A stretch of 64,000 bases of DNA from Mytilus trossulus. Taxonomy: Eukaryota. The notes beneath the pieces are model-generated. The model had not been told where the DNA came from. It saw only the letters and a list, made by a program, of their open reading frames with translations, and searched no databases. Where the stretch lies: contig NC_086376.1 of NCBI RefSeq assembly GCF_036588685.1, forward strand, positions 94,715,630 through 94,779,629, read 5' to 3'. This document shows positions 1 through 13,906 of this stretch, piece after piece (positions within the stretch are counted from its first letter, which is position 1; the number at the start of each line of letters is the position of its first letter). Made by a program: the position numbers and the translations under genes.

Positions 1-32
1 ATTGTTGAAACAGACTGTGATTTCAATGGTGT
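1..32 (-). CDS. Possible start of anosmin-1-like exon 6, running off the window
   Basis: ttcattgcaaaag|ACA CCA TTG AAA TCA CAG TCT GTT TCA ACA (TPLKSQSVST), phase 0 as required. The acceptor is weak and the segment is too short to verify. Confidence 0.25.
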
Positions 33-595
33 CTTTTGCAATGAATAGAAATAAGCAGATGTGGTATGAGAGCCACTGAGACAACTCTTCGTCCAAGTCA
101 TAATCTGTTAGAGGCAACAATTATATACCTGTACCAAGTCATGAATATGACAGTTGCTATCCATTTGTTTGATGTGTTTGGACTTTTGATTTTGCCTTTT
201 GAATTTGGACTTTCCTTTTTGAATTTTCCTCGGAGTTCAGTATTTTGTGTTTTTACTTTTTATAGGTCATAGTACGACCTTCAACACGGAGACTATGCTT
301 AAACCGAATAGCAAGCTATAAAAGGCTCTAACATTTATTATCATTTTCTCCACAGCCGGGAATTTCTTCAACTAGCTCCTGTATTAACTTATCTTGTTCT
401 TCAACCGAAATGTTTGAAACGTTGATTTTGTTAAATTGCTTTGTCTCATTTTCCCTATAAATTGCACTTTCGCTAGCGATAGATACATATTTGAGCCGGG
501 TTAATAGTTTACAGAAGCAGATCGGAATCAGTTATGACGTAGACAGTAATCATTCTAATCGTAATCATGTTCATTGACCATAACGACGATGAAAG

Positions 596-1150
596 CACAT
601 CATATAATGATGTTTCGACATCATATAATGAAGTAAACCTAACCACACAAGATAAGATTATAAGCACATAATATAATGACACAACCACATCATATAAAGA
701 TGTTTGCACGTAATATGAGGAAAACTGCACATCATATAAGGATATGTACACACCATATAAGGATCTTTGCACATAATATAAGTTCATTTGCACATCATAT
801 AATAATGTTTGCACATCATATAATAATGTTTGCACATCATATAAGAATGTTTGCACATCATATAAGTATATATGCACATCATATAAATATACTTGCACAT
901 AATATAAGTATATATGCACATCATATAAGTATGTTTGCTCATAATATAATGATGTTTGCACATCATATAAGGATATTTGCACATCATATAAGGATATTTG
1001 CACATCATATAAAGATATTTGCACATCATATAAAGGTGTTTGCACATCATATAATGACAAGTGCACATCATATAAAGGTAAAAGCACAGCATATAAAGGT
1101 TAATGCACATCATTTAAAGGTAAATGCACATTATATAAAAAAAAATGGTC
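596..1150. repeat. 21-bp minisatellite (gcacatcatataaggatattt-like)
   Basis: Period-21 gcacatcatata motif. It explains ORFs 509-1087, 676-1197 and 784-1113. Confidence 0.95.
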
Positions 1151-1936
1151 ATAACAAGACAGTGTTGGCGTTCCATATCTGGCGTACTAAATTATAATCC
1201 TGGTGTCTTTGATAACTATTGACTCTCTTAAGCTCACGTTTTTCATTGGTATTGTCCGTTTCCAATAACAATTAAACTGAAGACGGAGTATCGAAGCTTC
1301 GAACTTTTTATACACAATTATTGTTATCTGGACAATATAAAAAGTTGCTGTTAATATGCAGTGGTTTGCAGCATCTGCAATGCATCAATTGCATGTTCCA
1401 ATGTTTCCATACAATTGATAAAATTAAGAAAGGAAATGGCGAATGTGCTAAAGCGACAACAACCCGACCATAGAGCAGACAACAGTCGGAGGCCACAATG
1501 AGTCTTTATTGTAGCGTAAATCCCCGCACCCGTACAAATATGTATAATAGTACAGTGATAATGGATGTTATACTAAACTCCGAATTATACACAAGAAACT
1601 AAAATAAAAAAATAATACATGACTAACAAAGGCCAGAGGCTCCTGACTTGGGACAGGCGAAAATTGCGGCGGGGTTTAACATGTTTATGAGTTGTTTAGC
1701 TTAATTATTAGGAATCTATTTAACATTATATATCAATTAACTTACATCAACACCAACTTCTCAAACAAAAAACATCCAAGTCAAGAATTAGCAGTCACTG
1801 ACGAGTCTAAGAGTTGGGATGGGCAAATTTAAAAGTTGGGAGTCTTACAATTGTATTTTCTATCCGTTCTCATTTCACGTATACATATATATATATTGAT
1901 AAATTTTAACTATAAATTAACTAAGATATATATTAC

Positions 1937-2103
1937 CTGTCCAAGAGTTTTCCATGTCTTCGATAATTGTCCACGAATCATAGAAACAACAAAAACAATA
2001 TCCGTATGATATTTGAGCTGAACATTCCAATAAAGATACAAAGTTACTGTTCCTTTGACAGCGATATGTTGGCAGGTTGATCTAATTGAATTAATATGGG
2101 CCC
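1937..2103 (-). CDS. ANOS1-like: Anosmin-1-like exon 5 (first half of an FN3 domain)
   Basis: Acceptor tttcaaaaaatag|, 167 nt, phase 1-0: (G)AHINSIRSTCQHIAVKGTVTLYLYWNVQLKYHTDIVFVVSMIRGQLSKTWKTLGQ, donor CAG|gtaata. The LxW...VFVV...WKTLGQ pattern resembles anosmin FN3.1 (VKW...VIYVVQ...WQTVAQ, recalled). Confidence 0.85.
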
Positions 2104-2632
2104 CTATTTTTTGAAAGACAAATAATTAAAAAAATGATAAACTTCTACATTCTACATAGTATCTGAACTATTCGAAGTGCAATAGAATTTACAGTACCAG
2201 AAGTTTTTTTCAAATGTTAAAACCAGGTTCAACCCACCATTGTTTTTCTTTAAAAAAAAACTGCCCTGTACCAAGTCCGGAATATGGCCATTTTTATAGT
2301 ATAGTTCGTTTCGGTGTGTATTACATTTTAACGTTGTGTCGTTTGTTTTCACTTATTTTTTACTGTAAATATTTATATTATACTTCTTCGTTTCTGTGTG
2401 TGACATCGATAGACATCGATAGACATTTATATTTGCAGCAGTTGGATTAACACTTTTATTTTACAAACAACATCATACTAGATTGTGACGTATTGGATGT
2501 AATATTCTAATTGGATTACCGAGAAGATTTCCGGATAAAGAAAATATAAAAGATCGGACATATGTTTGGACAATTGAGTTGAAATTTCTTTTTGTGTAAT
2601 ACTTCTTGTAAACTTGTGTATAAAAAGAGTAG

Positions 2633-2997
2633 TTAAGGATGTAAAATTTTAAAAATCAAGAATTCAAAATTGTTTCGTTTAGCTGGAAAAGTATTACGAC
2701 AGATCAAAAAGGCTAATAGGCCACGGAGCTACTTTTAAAGATATTTGATTTATAAAATAGGGCGGAAAAGGCTGACTCGGACTTTTACTTTATACTTGCA
2801 TTGGTATAATTTGGGTCTCAAATCAAAAGAAACAAATCAAGAATCTGCTCAAATTTTGTCAAATGACCTTTTATGAGCTATTAAGTCTTAGGTTAATTGA
2901 TAAATAGGAGTTATGGGGCAAACTATTTTACCTTGTATTGTATGGGAAAACACCAAGGAGTTCGAACATTTGACACTCATTCCAAAAACATCCTTAA
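2633..2997. mobile_element. TTAA-flanked MITE (Kolobok-like)
   Basis: Termini ttaa|ggatgt ... acatcc|ttaa. Homologous copy at ~34239-35192 and a related end at ~27870-28197. Confidence 0.7.
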
Positions 2998-4498
2998 ATT
3001 TTATTATTGATTTGTGTCTTTTGTTGTCAACAGTTTGAAGGTGATTCTGGCCGTAACAGTGTGTACTGAATTATAAGTCTTGTTAATATGCATATACGAT
3101 GGAAGAAAAAGCATATTAAAACTCTAATGAATAACACACCTTAAATCATCTTTAACTCAGATAATATCCATAGTAACGATTACATAAGTTATTTATCATG
3201 AAAAGATTAAGGGAAAATGTTTTCTTTTTTATAACCAATATTTTATTTTACGTAGCACTCATGTACTTTAACTTATTGTGTATATTCCATGGAGCTTTTA
3301 TAACGTAATAATACGAGATTTAAAAGTAATAAAATATAATGACATTTTAACAAACTAAGTCAGCGACAGTTGTGAGTACATCGTTGGCATGAGTAATGAA
3401 GAATTATGTAATTATTGTGTGTTAATTCATAGATACTATCATGTTTTTTTGACTGAGGGTTGCTGTTTATAAGGAAGCATTCACACTTTGATTTCCCTGG
3501 TGTGATGTTGAAATCATTCCTTCGTAAATTTTACGGACGCAATAACGTGTTGGTTGATTGGTACAGACTATTCGGATGATAGCGAATATGTTCCAACTAT
3601 TGTAACTTCGAACCCGTTCCCTTTTCCCCGAGGGTGAGCTACCGAATTAGACTTATTATCGGGTTTTTACTAACATCGGTGGAACAAGACAATGGATTTT
3701 CCAACTGATATCATCACCCCCCTCCCTTAAGCGCTATAAAACCAGATTCAATCCACCATTTTCTACATAAGAACATGCCTATTCCAAATCAGAAATATGA
3801 CAGTTGTCATCCATTCTTTTGATATGTTTGAGTTTTTGATTTTACTAATACATAAGGAATTTTCCATTTTAATTTTTCTTCGAAATTCAGCAATTATTTT
3901 ACTTTTGTTTTGTATTGTTGTTTGCCTGCATGTCTCATTTTCTTCTTTTTTAGCCATAACGTTGTGAGTCTATTTTCGACTTATGAGTTTAAATGTCCCT
4001 TTTTCATCTTTCGCCTATCTTTAAAAAGTAACAAATTCAGTCATTTTAATCACGGCGTTAAAATACAAGATTTTCTTTCACATATCAATTTATTTTCAGA
4101 CAATGACTTAATATTTATAACAATTACAAAAATGATATCATTTATTAAATAGAGACCGCTCGAGTCAACATATGTTTCGGATATAGCAATCAGTTACTCA
4201 AGTTCATTGGATTGCCATCATAATGAACCATCCATTTTTTTGTTATTATCAATGCAGTACAAATAATTTATAGCACAGTTATAGGACAACTAATCGAAGA
4301 ATTCAATAAGACAAAATATTCAACAAGTGACCGAACACCACATTAGTGCATGGATGGCTTTTATGTCCCGGGAAAATCAATGTACGTCATTGCAACCAAT
4401 GTAATAAGCCTTATAAATGATAATAAAACAGAAATTGGACAATAAAGTATAAATAGTTTGTATAAACACAGTGTTTGATTCATTAACAATATATTTAC

Positions 4499-4583
4499 CA
4501 TTATCAAAAGCAGATACCACAGAGGTATTTCCGGTTGTTAGGGCAAACTCACAGCTACTCATACAGATGATTCCATGTGGCAA
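4499..4583 (-). CDS. ANOS1-like: Anosmin-1-like exon 4 (end of Cys-box; no WAP)
   Basis: Acceptor ctttttaag|, 85 nt LPHGIICMSSCEFALTTGNTSVVSAFDN+G, donor G|gtaaat (phase 1). CMSSCEF matches anosmin CLTSCEF (recalled). Confidence 0.85.
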
Positions 4584-5146
4584 CTTAAAAAGATTATTAA
4601 AGGATATTATGTAAAGCCGTTGCACTCCTAATGATTATGTTAGCATTGACCTCCAGTTATCTTGTTTTTAAAATAAATTCAATCAGGTGATATTAACCCA
4701 TTTAGCCCTAGATAGAAATATACACCCTTCCCAACACGATGAAAGGTTTAGACTATCTGTTCTCAGTTTTTTGTTGTTATCAGTTGTTATTGATTGTGTA
4801 TGTAAAAAGATGTTCCTCATGCTGCAAGTTTTATATCTCGCTTTGAAACACAAGTTGTTAAGTGCCATACATGTTTATATAATACGCATGTGTCCTAGTT
4901 TACTTTTCTAAATGCTTTAATTCTAATAATTCATTGACATTTCATAAATGTATACGATTTAAATGTCACAACATAATGTTTTTTGAGTATAATCTACATT
5001 TCATATCAGACATCATCGCATCTTTAACTATTTAACATTTAGAATAATAGATCAAGTGAGTTCAATGTATGTTAGATGAAACTTCAACACAGACATAATA
5101 ATGTTCAAACTGTAAAAATAAGAAATGAGAATGTTTTAGTACTTAC

Positions 5147-5209
5147 ACATTCGTCCGCACAGGTTCTGCTTTGTTCAATAAACGTTATATTCCCACACGG
5201 TATGACACA
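5147..5209 (-). CDS. ANOS1-like: Anosmin-1-like exon 3
   Basis: Acceptor caatttcag|, 63 nt CVIPCGNITFIEQSRTCADEC, donor |gtaagt. The other two frames contain stops. Parallels anosmin CLEPC...CQSFCE (recalled). Confidence 0.9.
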
Positions 5210-6671
5210 CTGAAATTGAAAAATGTGAGCTTTCTTTTAAATATTGAAAGTTGAGGGTATTTGTCCTTCCGTTATTGACAACACTGTAAAATAAATGTTG
5301 AAATTTAATAAAAAAAAAAACTAAGGTTAAAACTTCTTTAGCCAAAATATACCTAAGTTTAAATTATATTTTTTAAAGTCTTTTCTAGCTCTAAAGCTCT
5401 TCAACGGTTTCGGTTTTCCTGCATTCATAGCTTTGAAATTTTCGGCTTTTAACATTCCTGATGAAGGTTAATCATGGAAAGCACTTTGGATGCATGAACT
5501 TTAAAACATATTGTTTCATTTTTTTATAAATCTATTATATCAACTTCAAATATATCACATAACATAATGCAGACATGTTTTACTTAAAAATCATAGAATA
5601 GCTTTTACTAACAGAGAATAATTAAAATTATATGATAACAATTACAGAAAAATAACTTAATCGTAAATTACAGATATTTAACAAAACTCTTATCTAGTCA
5701 TGTTTGTAAAAAAAAGTAAAAACTGGCATAAAAAGTTCTAACAACTTATTGCTAAAAATAACACCGAAATTTGAATAATAAATTAATATTGGAACAAAAC
5801 ATATCTATCATGAATCATGAAGAAAGGTAAGCATCGATAACTTCAGGCTTCTTTATAGTGTCAGAAAGCTGTGACCTCATTGTTAATCTAAGATTTGAAT
5901 CATCATTAGAATTCATGACCAAATAGCAATGATTTTCGAATGAGTTTTCAAATTGTTGTATTATCTTACTCATTCTTGAATCATTTTCTAAAACAGTACC
6001 AAACTCATTTATCAGTTACCAGAAGTTATTCTGTCTATTGATGGACATGAGAATTCGATATTGCGTTCAACACTTGTGTTAGATAATGTAGGTATTAATA
6101 TCACTTCACCTTCGACTAGATATTTTACCAACACTATCAATTGTTAAGTAAGGATAGTTGTTCCTAGTTCTCTGTTACAGAATATTTTCTTTGTACATGT
6201 AATCGATATGGCTTACTTAATTTGGGATTATTTGTTTAATGATAGTTTTTCACTACAATCTTATGTTTTATAGAAACTTCGAGCTTGAGGGAGTGTTCAT
6301 AAAATAAATGTATTTGTTTTCGGGATAATCAAAATCCGACTAGTGATTATTCATTCTGTCGTTAGTATTTGTCTGGTTTCACCAACATACTTAGTCTACA
6401 AAAAAGTGCACTAAATTATAGAATCAATACAGATCCCCATGACTTCATGCATTGTAACAGTTGGTAGCCAAGTAACTATGTAAACCAAAAGTATTGAAGA
6501 ATTTTTCCCACCATAGAACCAAAAATTTTTCCGAATTTTTTGGTACAAAGAAGCGATATTAAGACTGCACGAAAGTCGTTTTGAAGACATGGTTAAAGAT
6601 GATTCTATATTTCATACAGCAGCTCTGAAAATTTGTTCAAAACCATGTAAAACTACCTTATTAACTGACAA

Positions 6672-6925
6672 TAGAAATAGGAAGATGTTGTGTGAGTGCC
6701 AATGAGACAACTCTCCATCCAAATAACAATTTAAAAAAATTAACAATTATAGGTCAATGTACGGCCTTCAACACGGAACAACAATATATAAAGTGCACCA
6801 AAATAATCAGTGTAAAACAATTCAAACGGGAAAACCAACGGTCTAAGCTATATAAAAAAACGACAAACGAGAAACAGGTATAAATTACATAAACAAACGA
6901 CAACTACTGTACATCAGATTCCTGA
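6672..6925 (-). mobile_element. Dispersed 5'-truncated SINE-like tail (subfamilies A/D)
   Basis: Fixed end ...gttgtctcattggca-tcataccacatcttc. Copies at ~45-330, 10672-10937, 36680-36940, 48825-49040, 57046-57187 and 62545-62686. Longer copies reach the twister P4 hairpin (cctgtcctaagtcag). Confidence 0.75.
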
Positions 6926-8334
6926 ATGTATCGCCAGGTAGTAGGATAGTGAGGAGCGACTTTATATTTCATAAATTGAAAGATCTAGTTCAACACATCA
7001 TGTAATTTCTAGACAAAGTAAACATGCATATATAAAAGATGAAGTAGCGACAAGATGTATCCCTAATTGTATAATCACTTTCCTTTACGTTATTGATACT
7101 TCAACAGCATCATACTGATGAAAATAAATAGAAGGATTGAAATAGGAAATCGTGCTACAGGTAACGACTACATGAAGAATGTTCAATTGGTTTTTTAATG
7201 ATTATGTAATTAATGCGCATATTGTGCAACACATGAGGGCTTATAGCTGTAAATCAATCCATCACTTTTTGTGTTCAATCTCATCTTTATATAATGGCAA
7301 ATGCTATATTGGTAACAGTTTCATTATTTAAACTACGTTAAGTTGGATAACTACGATCCAGAACAATGGATTGACAGAACATAGCAATGCGGGCCTCAAT
7401 GTTCTAATTATTCCCTGAATAGTATAACAATATTCTAACAAGCGTAAAATAATTATTAATTTAATTTTTTGAAACGGATGGAATGGGGTATCAATTCCTT
7501 GATGGAATAAAAAATATTCTATGTTACAAGCACTTAATAAGTTCATCATAGATATCACGATAAAGAATAGAAATTACCAGTACTAGATTTTGCATTGAAA
7601 CCTGAGTTTTGTCTCAAATTGTAAAAAAAACATATTTTCATTCCAAAGCAAACGCACACAATAATCCTACAATTTAAGATTCTAGTTATCATCATTATAA
7701 GACAATGTTAAATGGTTGTTATTAATATTTACCAACTATTTGTTCATAATAATCTAACACCTAGACATTACTATTGTGCAACCTTTTGGCTTCTTATAAG
7801 TTTTTAAATATGTTAAAAATACATTGAAAACAACTCACGAATGGGTTGATTGGTATAATGTTCAAATATAGAAACTCGTTACGAATTCTCTGTAATGCAT
7901 CCTTGATATTGGAATACTTTTTGAACTTTATCGTATAATTCTGAAACTGGCGTTGGAATACTATATATACTAAACATAAATAACAGGATAGAAATTGTTT
8001 ACTCAAGACGGGTATTTCGTCTTCACAAGACTTATTAGTGAAACCTTTATGAAATTCCGACAGCCATACCTCCATGCTTCAGATGGAACAGTACTTTAAC
8101 AATGTTTTATAATGGTTCAATCCGAAAATATGAAAACCATGTAAAAAAACTAGGATAATTTCGAAACGTCACGAGGTCCTCCGAAGTGAAAACTATGCGT
8201 CTCCTGCAACGTATGCTATACCCGCAATATGACTCTAGACTATGTATGCACATCACGTAATAGATCATAATATGTTAGTTTACAGTTTACATCATCACAA
8301 AAACAAGGATTTAGTATAATTGCATACTAGACAT

Positions 8335-8424
8335 CGTTAGAGATATAGGGGGAGGGTTGAGATCTCACAAACATGTTTAACCCCGCCGCATTTTGCGCCT
8401 ATCCCAAGTCAGGAGCCTCTGGCC
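8335..8424 (+). ncRNA. Putative twister, second copy of the same subfamily (element ~8330-8657)
   Basis: Nearly identical to 37108-37198, with one P4 mismatch (CCUA/CAGG) and two P5 mismatches. Confidence 0.72.
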
Positions 8425-9699
8425 TTTGTTAGTCTTGTATTATTTTAATTTTAGTTTCTTGTGTACAATTTGGAAATTAGTATGGCGTTCATTATCACTG
8501 AACTAGTATATATTAGTTTAGGGGCCAGCTGAAGGACGCCTCCGGGTGCGGGAATTTCTCGCTACATTGAAGACCTGTTGGTGACCTTCTGCTGTTGTTT
8601 TTTATTTGGTCGGGTTGTTGTCTCTTTGACACATTCCTCATTTTCATTCTCAATTGTATCTCTCTGCTAAGTTATCTATTATAGGTCAGATTGCGACCTT
8701 CAACACTGAGCAAGCTAAAATAAAAGACCCGACATGACAAATGAATTAAGTTTTTTTTCTTTACAACACCCATGTTATTTAAGACATTGTAATATGAACG
8801 TGCACGATTGACATGTTTCAATTACAATATAAAACCAACGCACACTTTTGTATGGCAGTTCTGAGAAATTAAAACTTGGGAGCTTTGCCAGATCTTGTTA
8901 TTCTGTTTCTTTGGGAGATGGTAATTTGATATTTGGAATAAAATACCTAATGGCATATTTACATATTTATCCTTTACTCTACAATATTCAATTAGTAATT
9001 AATGAAATAAAAGTGGGCGTCCATTTCATTTTAGTAACGTTTATAGTATTACATGTATCCCGAATTCAAAGGAAAGACGAATACATAATGTTAATAAATC
9101 ACACGAAATAAAAGATTATACGATTTCTGTTCAATTAACACGTTGAATGAAACAACAATATATTGCATCTTAATTAAAATCACAAAGGGATTTAATGTTA
9201 AGACTTCAAAAAGCAAGAATATAAAACATATCTATGAAGAAGAAAAATGCAAATTCTTACAAACAGGTTTGCCGTTCATGTAATCCAAAGTAAAACAAAG
9301 AATTTGAAATGAATCAAAATAGCACATGGAATCATCTACTTCAAATCTTAAGAAAATGTTTTAACAAGGCATTGATGACTTAACATGTAATCCGAAAATA
9401 TACGTACGTTTTCAACGACGAAAAACTAATTTACTTTTAACTATATACATCTTTGTAAAAAAAGTCGATTGTCCATCAAAAGAACATGGTCGAGATTAAC
9501 ATATAGTTTTATAAAATGTGCCAATAAATGTTCTCAAATTTTAAAGTCACCGACTACGACGACGGAGTTCAGGATACTTATTTCTCGTTTCCGTAAAGTT
9601 ACAGATTCGACAATGATAATGATACACTTTTATTGATGTAAATTCAAAATTGATTTATAATTCCCCTGATTCGTTGTATGAATATTTATCCTCACCAGT

Positions 9700-9965
9700 T
9701 TCTGTGGTGTACCCTGTTTTACCACATTTGGTTAATGTAATCTGTTTTTCTTCACAAGATTCGGTCGTGTAATCAGTTTTTTTCTACTAATGATTCAGTA
9801 GTGTTATCTGTTTAACCACATTTGGTGGGTGTGATATGTTTTTCTTTACAAGATTCGGTCGTGTAATCTGTTTTTTCTACAAATGATTCAGCGGTTTTAT
9901 CTGTTTAACCACATTTGGTGGGTGTCATATGTTTTTCTTCACAAGATTCGGTCGTGTAATCAGTT
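9700..9965. repeat. ~93-94-bp tandem repeat built of ~31-bp subunits
   Basis: caagattcggtcgtgtaatc at 9755, 9849 and 9942. Confidence 0.85.
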
Positions 9966-10094
9966 TTAATTAGGGTTATTTTTTGTCAATTTTGACAATT
10001 GAATCATCGAAATTATTACGTTTGTTATATATTCAATATAAAGATAAAAAAAAGTGGTTCGAATGGTAGTGATACAACTCTCCAACAAAGACCA

Positions 10095-10617
10095 AATGAT
10101 GGAGCAATTTATAACTATAGATCACCGTAAGGCCACCATCAACACTAGTTTGAATGATGGAGCAATCAATAACTATAAATCACCTTAAGGCCACCACCTA
10201 CAATAGTTTGAATGATGGAGCAATCAATAACCATAGATCACCGTAAGGCCACCACCAACACTAGTTTGAATGATGGAGCAATCAATAACTATAAATCACC
10301 GTGAGGCCACCACCAACACTAGTTTGAATGATGGAGCAATCAATAACTATAAATCACCTTAAGGCCACCATCAACACTAGTTTGAATGATGGAGCAATCA
10401 ATAACCATAGATCACCGTAAGGCCACCACCAACACTAGTTTGAATGATGGAGCAATCAATAACTATAGATCACCGTAAGGCCACCACCAACACTAGTTTG
10501 AATGAGGGAGCAATCAATAACTATAGATCACTGTAAGGCCACCACCAACACTAGTTTGAATGATGGAACAATCAATAACTATAGATCACCGTAAGGCCAC
10601 CACCAACACTAGTTTGA
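10095..10617. repeat. 58-bp tandem repeat, 9 copies
   Basis: aatgatggagcaatcaataactatagatcaccgtaaggccaccaccaacactagtttg at 10095, 10153, 10211, 10269 and onward. Confidence 0.97.
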
Positions 10618-11811
10618 AATCGTCCATATATGTCAATCCCTAAGATATATATTTATATAGGACATACATAGATATAGGAGGATGTTATATGAGTGCTCTT
10701 CATTCAAATAACAATTTTAAAAATATACAATTATAGGTCAATGTACGGCCTTAAACACGGATCCTTAGCTCACACCGAACAACAAGCTACAAGGGCCCAA
10801 AAATTACTAATGTAAAACCATTCAAACGAAAACCCAACGATCTAATCTATATAAAACAAACAAGAAACGAGATACACGTATCAATTACATAAACAAGCGG
10901 CAACTACTGTACATCAGATTTCTGACTTAGGACAGGACTGGTGCAAAACATATAGCCTTCGTACATTAGTGAGTTTTCTTTATTTTGAAGTCCCTGAGAT
11001 AGATAAGATATAAACAATCATTGAAATGAGAGTTATTGAGAGACATAAAATCATTCCTATATGTTAAAACAAACTTTAAGAACTTTGCAAAACGCTTTTT
11101 TTCTTTTTTCTCTGGATGAATTCCACCTAAACGTGCACAAGAATAAGCAAGAAAGTAGGTGTACACAATTGTTATATCAACTGTGTGCTGAATTAATAAT
11201 CCATCATATAAACTCAGCAAATATAATTTGACGTTCAGCAATTTCTGGATATCATTTTTGATGTATTCTTTTGGTTGAAATCACAAATCTAGGTGTGTAT
11301 ATTTTCGTTGACTCTTATTGCATAGAACAGATGTAAATTTAACGTGCAATTGAACAAACATTAAACATTTTGAATTTGAATATTTGAGGAATCTTTTCTT
11401 TGCTATATGGAAACTTGCAAATAAAACAATTCAAATACGTTTTCCTTTGTATTTCTTTATCATGTTGTATCATATAGCGCATAATACCTTTTAAAGCCTT
11501 GGCACTGGGATAAGTATACTTTAAAATCGGTTGTGTTTTGCTAAACTGTGTTATATTGTAGACCAAGAGGACTACATTACTTAAGATTATCTCATTTAAG
11601 AATACAAAACTCCTAATTGGGGAAAGGATGACCGGGTATACACTCTATTCATTTACCAAACAATACATCGAATAAGTCACACTTTGATCTGTGCTTACAT
11701 GAATACACAAGAACAATGCCTGCAAAGTCGAATGGAAACGTATTCGCAAATACTATTTATATAATATATGTGTAGATGTTTTGAGTGAATACTGATAAAA
11801 CTTAAACATAC

Positions 11812-11898
11812 CTTTTTACATTCCAAACTGTTACAATCATTAGCTTGGTAAACATGGTATAACTCATCTTGTAGACTTTTTGCCAGTTTCTGTCCATA
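11812..11898 (-). CDS. ANOS1-like: Anosmin-1-like exon 2
   Basis: Acceptor gtttcag|, 87 nt YGQKLAKSLQDELYHVYQANDCNSLECKK, donor AAG|gtatgt. Phase 0-0 joins exons 1 and 3 in frame and gives anosmin-like Cys spacing. Confidence 0.85.
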
Positions 11899-13424
11899 CT
11901 GAAACAGTAATTGGCATCACTATCATTATTGCACAAAATGTATATGATAATTGAAATTGAGATAAAATACGAACAGCTCTAAAGCAACTTTAAAAATGCG
12001 CAGCAACTTGACCAAGAGACAAATAGTATCCTAAATAGTTGACTGTATTTGACAAGAATTTTCACCAATTTGTGTCGGTTCATTAATGCTCGACATCAAC
12101 ATACTTCAATATACAAAGCATATATATATATATATTCGACAAGAAAAGTATAGCCAAACACGTGAAAGGAATCTAGGCTATGCATTACTAAATTTAAAAA
12201 CATTTTTCCAGATTTAAAACAGCAAATTAAATAAGATACCATCCAGTTATTTTTATGTCCATAATTGCTGACCACTTGGGCTGGTGATGTCTTCAGAGAC
12301 TTATAGTCTTCAGCCGAGGTTTCGATGCAGTGATATTAACAACAGTTTTTTTTAAATAAATATGCACCAGATTAGCATTTCAACATTTAGGTTCTCTTCA
12401 ATGTACCAACGAATTAATGAGTCATTCAAAGAAAAGAAACCAAACACAATCAGAACATAAAAGGATGTCCGGATATCAATTACCTGCTTGGTACCAACAT
12501 AACTGACGTAATATATAATTGAGGGTTTGAGCGAGCTATAACATCCTGACTCCACTGACTTATACCACCCCCAGTTTTTTGGTAGGATTCGTGTTGCTCA
12601 GTCTTAAGATTCGTGTTGCTCAGTGTTTTGATTTTTTATGTTTTTCTTTTTCTTTTTGTCTTTGTCTTTTTTTCCATGTCATTTTAGTTCATTTTAGACT
12701 AATGTGTTTGAATGTATTATGATATATTTTATAATTATGACCATAAACTCATCATATATTTAGATGTTATAATAACGCGCGTTTCGTCTATAAAAAGGCT
12801 CATCAGATCAATGCAACTTCATATCAACTTTGAAGTGCTGACTACTGGGTAGATGATACAACCGGGAAGAAAATTTGTCTAAAATAGACGTGAATCATTC
12901 TGAAATCGTCAATGTATCTATTACGCGTCTATGTAATGCAGAACATATCGAACTGTCTGACTATAGACTAAAACGTAACTAATTTACTACAGCCAAATGA
13001 CTGAACAGTATTGAGTTTACCGGAGGAGATAAGTCTGAAAATTGATCAAAATACGACGTTAACTTAATAATTTATTTTTTAGTCTTAAAAGAGATGTCCG
13101 ATCAAAATGACCGTTTTAGACTAAAAATTGATATACGAGTAAAAGTAAATCTTATAACTTATTTGAAGACATTTGCCCTTGAAAAATAATGCAAAAGCAA
13201 AAGGACTTTGTTTTAAGATTTTAATCATAGATTTCACATAGCTCATATTGTGACTCTTTTACTTATAATGCCTATTTTGTTCCCACATCATTGTAAAATA
13301 ACGAAATTTGTTGCAAATGTCGTAAAGTGAGAGGTTTGGCAATATAAAACCAGTTTCAATCTACCATTTTCTACTTATGAAAATGCGTGTACCAAGTCAG
13401 GAATATGACTCTAGAAATTGACTA

Positions 13425-13740
13425 TCAGGGTCGGTTGAAAACAAAACTAAAAACCAAAGAGATGATTTCAGCTGTCCAATTTGAAACCACGAGATCCAAA
13501 TATTACGGACGCCCTCATTATTTGTTGAACGTTATGGAATATTCGTTATAAGATGATATCGGATATGTTCCTTAAGTTGTAACTACAATCCCCTTCCCTT
13601 TTTATGAATGTGACCTACCGAATTAGACTATTTACCGGATTTGTAACAACATGAGCAACACGACGAGTGCCACATTTGCAGCGGGATCTCTGTCCCTTTC
13701 AGTAGCACTTGAAATCATCCATAATTTGTGGGGACGTCCA
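13425..13740 (+). mobile_element. Degenerate PLE 3'-end fragment
   Basis: Matches the RT end and 3' UTR (gatatcggatatgttcc...gtgacctaccgaattagactatttaccggattt). Similar fragments at ~3455-3720 (+), ~21215-21360 (+) and ~27188-27350 (-). Confidence 0.8.
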
Positions 13741-13804
13741 TGTTTAGTTCTCCTATTTATGACATTTTGGTCATGCATCATTGTCAATATAATGGAAAAT
13801 GATG

Positions 13805-13906
13805 TGACTGTCGTAAAAGTGAGAGGTTCAGCGCTATTAAACCAGGTATAATCCAGTATTTTCTACATTGGAAAATGTCTGTACCAAGTCAGGTATATGA
13901 GAGTTG
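13805..13906 (+). ncRNA. Putative twister, subfamily B (GAGGU/UACC pseudoknot), partly mutated
   Basis: ugacugucgua...GUGA GAGGU...UAAUCC...uauuuucu/ggaaaaug hairpin, UCUG UACC AA GU CAGG...uaugagaguug. A further copy lies at ~13313-13410. Confidence 0.65.

Noticed and set aside
329-530. Minus-strand open frame LIPICFCKLL...GENDNKC as a cytoplasmic-tail exon
   Set aside because: Preceded by an in-frame stop, with no convincing acceptor, and it cannot follow a half FN3 domain.
1230-2081. Alternative reading of exon 5 as a PAN/C-type-lectin-like sequence (SLLECSAQ...SWTDAANHC)
   Set aside because: Phase-incompatible with exon 4. The FN3 frame from acceptor 2103 fits both phase and homology.
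10095-10617. CRISPR-like 58-bp repeat-spacer array
   Set aside because: The whole unit is repeated with only SNPs; there are no unique spacers.
5960-11760. Short minus-strand ORFs (7328-7558, 7794-8075, 10966-11241, 11339-11566) as exons or a pseudogene
   Set aside because: No recognisable motif or splice pattern, and exons 2 and 3 join directly in frame.
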